From Coprobacillus sp. CAG:826 (GTDB lineage: Bacteria > Bacillota_I > Bacilli_A > RFN20 > CAG-826), in NCBI GenBank assembly GCA_000437235.1, contig FR897047.1:43542-107541 (forward strand): a stretch of 64,000 nt of DNA, written 5' to 3'. The notes under the pieces were generated by a model. It searched no databases and was not told where the DNA came from. It worked only from the letters and a program-made list of their open reading frames with translations. A program made the position numbers and the translations under genes. Positions 59,170-64,000 of the stretch are shown here, piece after piece; position 1 is the stretch's first letter; each line of letters begins with the position of its first letter.

Positions 59170-59597
59170 TTTATAATTCCTCTTTCTTTTAAAAGTCTTT
59201 CATGAACATATTTTTCTGTTCCATCCTGAACCGCTTGCTCGTAGTAAGAAATTTTCCATTCCACACAGGCTAAGCTTTCTTCAATTTCTTTCTTTTGTTT
59301 TTCTAAAGCTTCTTTTTGCCGTTTCATAATATCCAATCTTTCTTCAAGGGTATCATCCCCTTTTTGAATGAGCTGCATATATTCACGGATTTCGGGAATT
59401 GAAAGGCCGGCTTTTTTAAAGCAAGCAATAATCCTTAAAGTTTCTAATTCAAGTTCGGTAAAAATACGATAATTAGATTCTTTTCTTTCTAAATGAGGGA
59501 AAAGACCTTCTTTATCGTAGTATCGAAGTGTCGAAATCGTTAGTCCTGTTTTCTTTGAAATTTCTTGTATGGAATAATTCATTTTCTCACCACCCAA
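59166..59597 (-). CDS. MerR-family transcriptional regulator
   Basis: N-terminal MerR HTH (YSIQEISKKTGLTISTLRYYDKEGL) and a coiled-coil C-terminus. Confidence 0.85.
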   Translation of the reverse strand: MGGEKMNYSIQEISKKTGLTISTLRYYDKEGLFPHLERKESNYRIFTELELETLRIIACFKKAGLSIPEIREYMQLIQKGDDTLEERLDIMKRQKEALEKQKKEIEESLACVEWKISYYEQAVQDGTEKYVHERLLKERGIIK

Positions 59598-59601
59598 TCA
59601 A

Positions 59602-59632
59602 AGTATAACCCTAAAGTTAGGTTTACAGTCAA
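59602..59632 (-). promoter_or_regulatory. MerR-type promoter: -35 TTGACT, 19-bp spacer with a dyad, -10 TATACT
   Basis: Minus strand reads TTGACTgtaaacctaactttagggtTATACT. The over-long 19-bp spacer is the hallmark of MerR-activated promoters. Confidence 0.65.
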
Positions 59633-59656
59633 CATGAAACGTTAATTATTTTTTTA

Positions 59657-60508
59657 TTATTCTTTTTCGTATTCAATTTTCCATGTTGTATAACGCTCTA
59701 AGGCTTCATCCGTTCTTGTATAACGTCTTTGTCCATTATTTAAAGTCGTTATTAAACGCATATCTTCTTCATCTAAATTAAAATCATAAATCGCATAGTT
59801 ATCACGGATATGATCGACATTTTTGCTACCTGGAATTACCACAAATCCCATTTGAATATGCCATCTTAAAATGACTTGTGCGGTCGTTTTATGATGTTTT
59901 TTCGTAATCTTTTCAATGAGTGGATGATGTAATAATTCATCGGTCATACCTTTTCCGCCTAAAGGATACCAAGACATAATCGCGATATGCTCTTTATCCG
60001 TTATTTTTCTTAATTCATCTTGTGGGAAAAAAGGATGACATTCCACTTGAATGACTTGTGGTTTCACATCAAATTCTTTTAAAACATCTTTAATGTATTG
60101 ACCTTCAAAGTTAGAAATACCAATGCTACGAATGATACCTTTTTGATAAGCATCCACTAATTGTCGATATCCTTTTCTCCAGTTTTTCGTTGGTTGATGA
60201 AGGAAAAGTAAATCAATATAATCCGTTTGAAGTCTTTCTAAAGTTTCTTCGATGGCATGAGGATTTTCATATTCAGATGGCCATAATTTCGTGGATAAGA
60301 AAATATCTTCTCTTTTTACACCCGAAGCTTTCATACCACGGCCCACTGCTCTTTCATTACGATATGCATTCGCGGTATCAATTAAACGATAGCCCATTTG
60401 TAAAGCTTCTCTTACACTATTTTCGGCATCTTGCGGTTCTAATAAATAAGTTCCAATACCTACATTTGGCATTAATACGCCATTATTTAAAGTGATTTCT
60501 TTTTGCAT
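59657..60508 (-). CDS. Aldo/keto reductase
   Basis: 283 aa with a typical AKR sequence (IDTANAYRNE..., LFLHQP...). Confidence 0.85.
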   Translation of the reverse strand: MQKEITLNNGVLMPNVGIGTYLLEPQDAENSVREALQMGYRLIDTANAYRNERAVGRGMKASGVKREDIFLSTKLWPSEYENPHAIEETLERLQTDYIDLLFLHQPTKNWRKGYRQLVDAYQKGIIRSIGISNFEGQYIKDVLKEFDVKPQVIQVECHPFFPQDELRKITDKEHIAIMSWYPLGGKGMTDELLHHPLIEKITKKHHKTTAQVILRWHIQMGFVVIPGSKNVDHIRDNYAIYDFNLDEEDMRLITTLNNGQRRYTRTDEALERYTTWKIEYEKE

Positions 60509-60521
60509 TGTTTTTTCTCCT

Positions 60522-61271
60522 TTATTTACTATAAACTTCTTTGATATATTTTAAAGCGGCCCAAATTTTTGGCCAACCGACGTACATAGCGATATGCGTT
60601 AAAGATTCGGTTAATTCATTTTCACTTACACCATTCTTTTTGGCATTCATGATGTGATATTGAAGTGAGGAATCTAATACACCTGTAGAGGTTAACGCTA
60701 CTACAGTAAGGATACATCTCCTTTTAAGATCTAAATAAGAAGTTCTAGACCACACTTCACCAAAGAGGATGTCATCGTTTAAATGCGCAAATTCATCTGC
60801 TAAACCGGTCAATTGGTCTCTTCCTGCGGTTTGCACGATTTTCTTTTGTTGATGGATTTCGTTAGCGGCTTTATAGTCTTCTTCACTAACTTCTTCGCAC
60901 CAAGTAGTCGAAGTATTTTCTCCTGGAACTTCAATCGCAATATGCGCAAAGACACTATCGTTACTAGCGCCATGCCAATGTTTCACTCCAGGAGCGATAA
61001 AAACACTATCGCCAGGTAATAATTCAATTGCAGGTTTTCCTTCTTCTTGATAATAGCCTCTACCATAAGTAGCTAAAAGAAATTGTCCGCCATTTTTCGA
61101 AGCATTATGAATATGCCAATGATTTCTTGTACCCTTTTCAAAGGTAACATTCGCCACTAATACACCTTCTTGATGAAGAATGTTAAGATAACTTTTTCCC
61201 GTAAAATATTTTCCAAATGGATTTTCTTCTCCAAGTCCAAAAGGAATGGTTTCTAATTCTTCTTTTGTCAT
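60522..61271 (-). CDS. Cupin domain fused to a carboxymuconolactone-decarboxylase (AhpD-like) domain
   Basis: Cupin motifs (HWHIHNAS...G..HWHGA), then a C-terminal CMD-like helical region (ALTSTG...HIAMYVGWP). Confidence 0.65.
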   Translation of the reverse strand: MTKEELETIPFGLGEENPFGKYFTGKSYLNILHQEGVLVANVTFEKGTRNHWHIHNASKNGGQFLLATYGRGYYQEEGKPAIELLPGDSVFIAPGVKHWHGASNDSVFAHIAIEVPGENTSTTWCEEVSEEDYKAANEIHQQKKIVQTAGRDQLTGLADEFAHLNDDILFGEVWSRTSYLDLKRRCILTVVALTSTGVLDSSLQYHIMNAKKNGVSENELTESLTHIAMYVGWPKIWAALKYIKEVYSK

Positions 61272-61366
61272 GTTTTTTCTCTTTAATTTTATAAAAAATT
61301 AAAATACTCCTTTCTTTGTTTTGCCTTTGATAAGAAAAATAAAAACGAGTCTTATCTGACAATTCA

Positions 61367-61397
61367 AGTATAACCCTAAAGTCAACTTTATAGTCAA
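61367..61397 (-). promoter_or_regulatory. Second copy of the MerR-type promoter (-35 TTGACT, 19 bp, -10 TATACT), flanked by a 10-bp inverted repeat AACGAGTCTT/AAGACTCGTT
   Basis: Minus strand reads TTGACTataaagttgactttagggtTATACT. The inverted repeat sits at 61345-61354 and 61397-61406. Confidence 0.65.
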
Positions 61398-61588
61398 GAC
61401 TCGTTCAATAAAATTTTTTATCCATAAAAAAAGGAAACACAAATATCGAAACTTAATTCGCATGTCCTGTATTTCCTTTATCAATATACTTCATTTTAGA
61501 TAATAAGTACAGAATAATTTTTAATACTTTTCCTTTACTTAAATCATTAAATAGCCATCTAAGTAAAGTTTTGCGTTAAAAATTTTAC

Positions 61589-62077
61589 TTATTCGTTTTG
61601 AAGAAACAAAATAAAGAAAGTTAAAGCGTATATCACGATCGTTAATAATTTAAAGAAACGCACCGTATGCATTCTTCTTTTAATTCTCTTTTCTTCAATA
61701 AATTGATTGGTTTCATTATCAAACTGCTCATAATGATTACTAAAGCCTAATGCTTTTTGTTTAAAATCATTAATAAAAATGGTTACATCTTGTTCCACCT
61801 GTACATTAGCTTCATAATTGAGTACATATGGGCACTTATTATACTTAGGCGAAAATAAGCCAAATAAACCAATAAGATAAAATAATAAAAATCTTCTAAA
61901 CCAATGCTCATCCATTAATTCATTATAAGAAATGATTTTTAAATTAATTTCTTTATCTGAAGGTACTTCAAAAGAATAAAAACCCTTTTTCTCCTTTTTT
62001 AAAGTAACTATTTTATCGTCCACTAACACAAGTGGAGAAATCTTTTTGGTATTATATCTTAATTCTATACGTGCCAT
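61589..62077 (-). CDS. Hypothetical membrane protein
   Basis: 162 aa with two or three hydrophobic segments. It overlaps the upstream ORF by 13 nt. Confidence 0.4.
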   Translation of the reverse strand: MARIELRYNTKKISPLVLVDDKIVTLKKEKKGFYSFEVPSDKEINLKIISYNELMDEHWFRRFLLFYLIGLFGLFSPKYNKCPYVLNYEANVQVEQDVTIFINDFKQKALGFSNHYEQFDNETNQFIEEKRIKRRMHTVRFFKLLTIVIYALTFFILFLQNE

Positions 62078-62550
62078 GAAAAATTCACCACCAAAGATAC
62101 GATAAATAAAATAAAAGTAAGAATCATGCCGACCAGGTTATATATTTTTCTTTTTCGATTTACATTTTCCTTTAGAAGAATTAAAAAGGAAAGAAGAAAT
62201 AAAGCGCAGGCAGCAATTGAGATATACTTAATATATCCAGAAATGCCATTAAAGAAATCATAAAAAGATTGCAGTGTTGCACTATCAGAGAAATTCAAGA
62301 ACTTTTTGCCAAAAGAACGATAATTCGGATCTAAGAAAGGAATGCCGAGTAAAAATATTCCAATCAAAAACCAAAAAATAACCAAGACAAACATAAAAAC
62401 GACTAAAACTGCAAAGACGACAGATGAAATTGTCGGCACAATCACCATTAAATAACTACAAATAAAAAGCAAGCTCGCCATTTTAGAAAAAGTGGTCGCT
62501 AACCGATCAACTCGATAATACTTTTTTACGTTATCCATTTTACCCCCCAT
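62065..62550 (-). CDS. Hypothetical polytopic membrane protein
   Basis: 161 aa with four hydrophobic helices. Confidence 0.4.
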   Translation of the reverse strand: MGGKMDNVKKYYRVDRLATTFSKMASLLFICSYLMVIVPTISSVVFAVLVVFMFVLVIFWFLIGIFLLGIPFLDPNYRSFGKKFLNFSDSATLQSFYDFFNGISGYIKYISIAACALFLLSFLILLKENVNRKRKIYNLVGMILTFILFIVSLVVNFSWHV

Positions 62551-62654
62551 TTTTTAAATTTTAACCGATAACGCTATTTCTGTCAAATTTTACTCAATCA
62601 AAAATTTTATGGAGGATTCTATTTAATCCTCCAATCTACGGAAAAATCAATTCA

Positions 62655-63038
62655 TCATTTTTTCATTTTTAATGTATTAATGGTAGCTTCAATTTGTATA
62701 GTTAACCAAAGATCTAGTTCCCCATAATTGGTTTGAATGAATTCTTTTACATCTTCTGTCATCTGACTTAAAGCGATGTCTTTGGCTTTGGTTAAAGCGA
62801 GTATTTGACTTTCCTTATCAAATTTTCCTTCCTTTTTTAAAGCGTCCACATAAGTTTAAAATACTGTTTTTACAGCACTTACCACGATTTCTGTAGCGGT
62901 TTTAATCATCTTATTTGCTTTTTCATTTTTGATTTTAGTAGATAACCAACTCACCAGTTTAGCACCAAGTAAACTAATCACTGGAATAACGACCGCAGTC
63001 ACTAATACACTAATAATATTAATGAGCATTTCATTCAT
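62655..63038 (-). pseudogene. Phage holin-like gene (LL-H/holin-6-like: N-terminal TM plus charged tail) interrupted by a single in-frame TAA
   Basis: The 60-aa and 64-aa ORFs are in the same frame, separated only by a TAA at 62856-62858 and two sense codons. Together they give a roughly 126-aa single-TM protein. Confidence 0.5.
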
Positions 63039-63339
63039 TTACTTTTGTCCCCTTTATATGAATGAAATCACGATTGAAATGGTCTTCCATTTTTTGCTCC
63101 ATTTTTATCATTCTTTCTTGCAAGTCACTAAATTTTTCTTCTAGTTTATCTAAAGCTTTATCGTTGCGTTCCATTGATTTTTTTTTATAACTAATATCCG
63201 CAAGAAAAGCACCTTCATTCTTTCCTTCTCGTTTATTATCACCATTTGAGTTTCTTTTAAAAGCTAAAAAAGCAAATAATATCGAAGAAAAAGACGAAAC
63301 AACCGAAATGATAGTCAATACGATTTCTAAGCGATCCAC
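63031..63339 (-). CDS. Phage-lysis-cassette-like small membrane protein (N-terminal TM plus coiled-coil)
   Basis: 102 aa. It overlaps the holin-like ORF by 8 nt. Confidence 0.4.
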   Translation of the reverse strand: MDRLEIVLTIISVVSSFSSILFAFLAFKRNSNGDNKREGKNEGAFLADISYKKKSMERNDKALDKLEEKFSDLQERMIKMEQKMEDHFNRDFIHIKGTKVNE

Positions 63340-63504
63340 TTTCTATTTCCCCTTTGTTTTGAAACAATGATGACTTATTAAAAAGACTTTTTATAAGCAC
63401 CAAATCAAAAGTGTTTCTTACTTTTATATATGAAAATAAGAAAATACAGTTATCAAAATCAAAGATTTTCCGCGATAGTCCTAAGAATAGCTGTTAAGTT
63501 TTTT

Positions 63505-63648
63505 GGAAAAGTAAGCAAAAACTTGTTGTAAAATGAAACTTTTTCGAAAAAGTGAGTAAAAACTTTTACGAAAAGTAAAGTTTTGGAATGCAAGTCAAAA
63601 ACTTTGTCAAAAGCAGAAGTTTCCGACTTTGAAGTCAAAATTTTTTTC
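63505..63648. repeat. Degenerate direct repeats of (G)AAAAGTNAGNAAAAACTT in a gene-free A/T-rich region
   Basis: At least four copies about 35-40 bp apart (GGAAAAGTAAGCAAAAACTT, AAAAAGTGAGTAAAAACTT, CAAGTCAAAAACTTT, GAAGTCAAAATTTTT). Confidence 0.5.
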
Positions 63649-64000
63649 TATTTAAGACTCTTTATAAAGAAAAAAGGTCTGACTTGTACAATTTGGATCA
63701 AACCTATAACTTTTCTTATGTGTATGTGATTATCTATACTGTCACAATTTGTCCAAAATGCGTACAGTTGAAACAAAAAAAGCCCACTATGAATTTTTTA
63801 TCCTAATGGGCTAAACTAACACTAAATGATTTTACTCCAACATAATGCTTTTAATAGAAAGCCTTTTTACACTGCTGGAATATAGATACATCACAAATTC
63901 GTAAACAATTACAAAAAGAGCTAGTGTTATAAAAAACGCTTTGTAGTCAAAACTATATTTCGGTACATTTTTAACATTTTCAAAAACTACAGATATCATC

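Overview
This is a low-GC (roughly one-third G+C) Firmicutes-type chromosomal segment, with almost all genes on the minus strand. Translational housekeeping is marked by the conserved block rpsI-rplM-truA-ecfT-ecfA2-ecfA1 with a cwlD-like amidase downstream. That block is interleaved with fermentation/redox genes (adhE, rex, a sensory [FeFe]-hydrogenase-like module with a PP2C phosphatase), feoAB, nadE, several ABC transporters, lipid-synthesis genes (PlsC-like acyltransferase and an MGDG-synthase-like glycosyltransferase) and eight tRNA genes. Two stretches look accessory. One is a small tRNA-flanked islet at about 8.9-12.8 kb: a DUF4143 ATPase, tRNA-Arg, a decayed partial tRNA copy and four uncharacterised small or membrane proteins. 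The other is a larger island-like region at about 41.8-56.4 kb ending at tRNA-Arg(TCG). It carries lipoproteins, an atypical sensor/kinase/LuxR-regulator/pseudo-receiver module, an HTH-nucleotidyltransferase plus RhuM-Fic/Doc pair, a huge lipoprotein and a decayed AT-rich tail. The last 4 kb holds a MerR regulon with two near-identical operator-promoters, and a phage-lysis remnant (a holin split by an in-frame stop). Notable domain fusions are a Phd/YefM-like domain fused to NadE, TruA fused to a PHP phosphoesterase, and a cupin fused to a carboxymuconolactone decarboxylase (CMD) domain. No CRISPR array, rRNA or intact mobile element (transposase/integrase) was seen. Every call comes from reading the translations and DNA by eye; no database search was possible.
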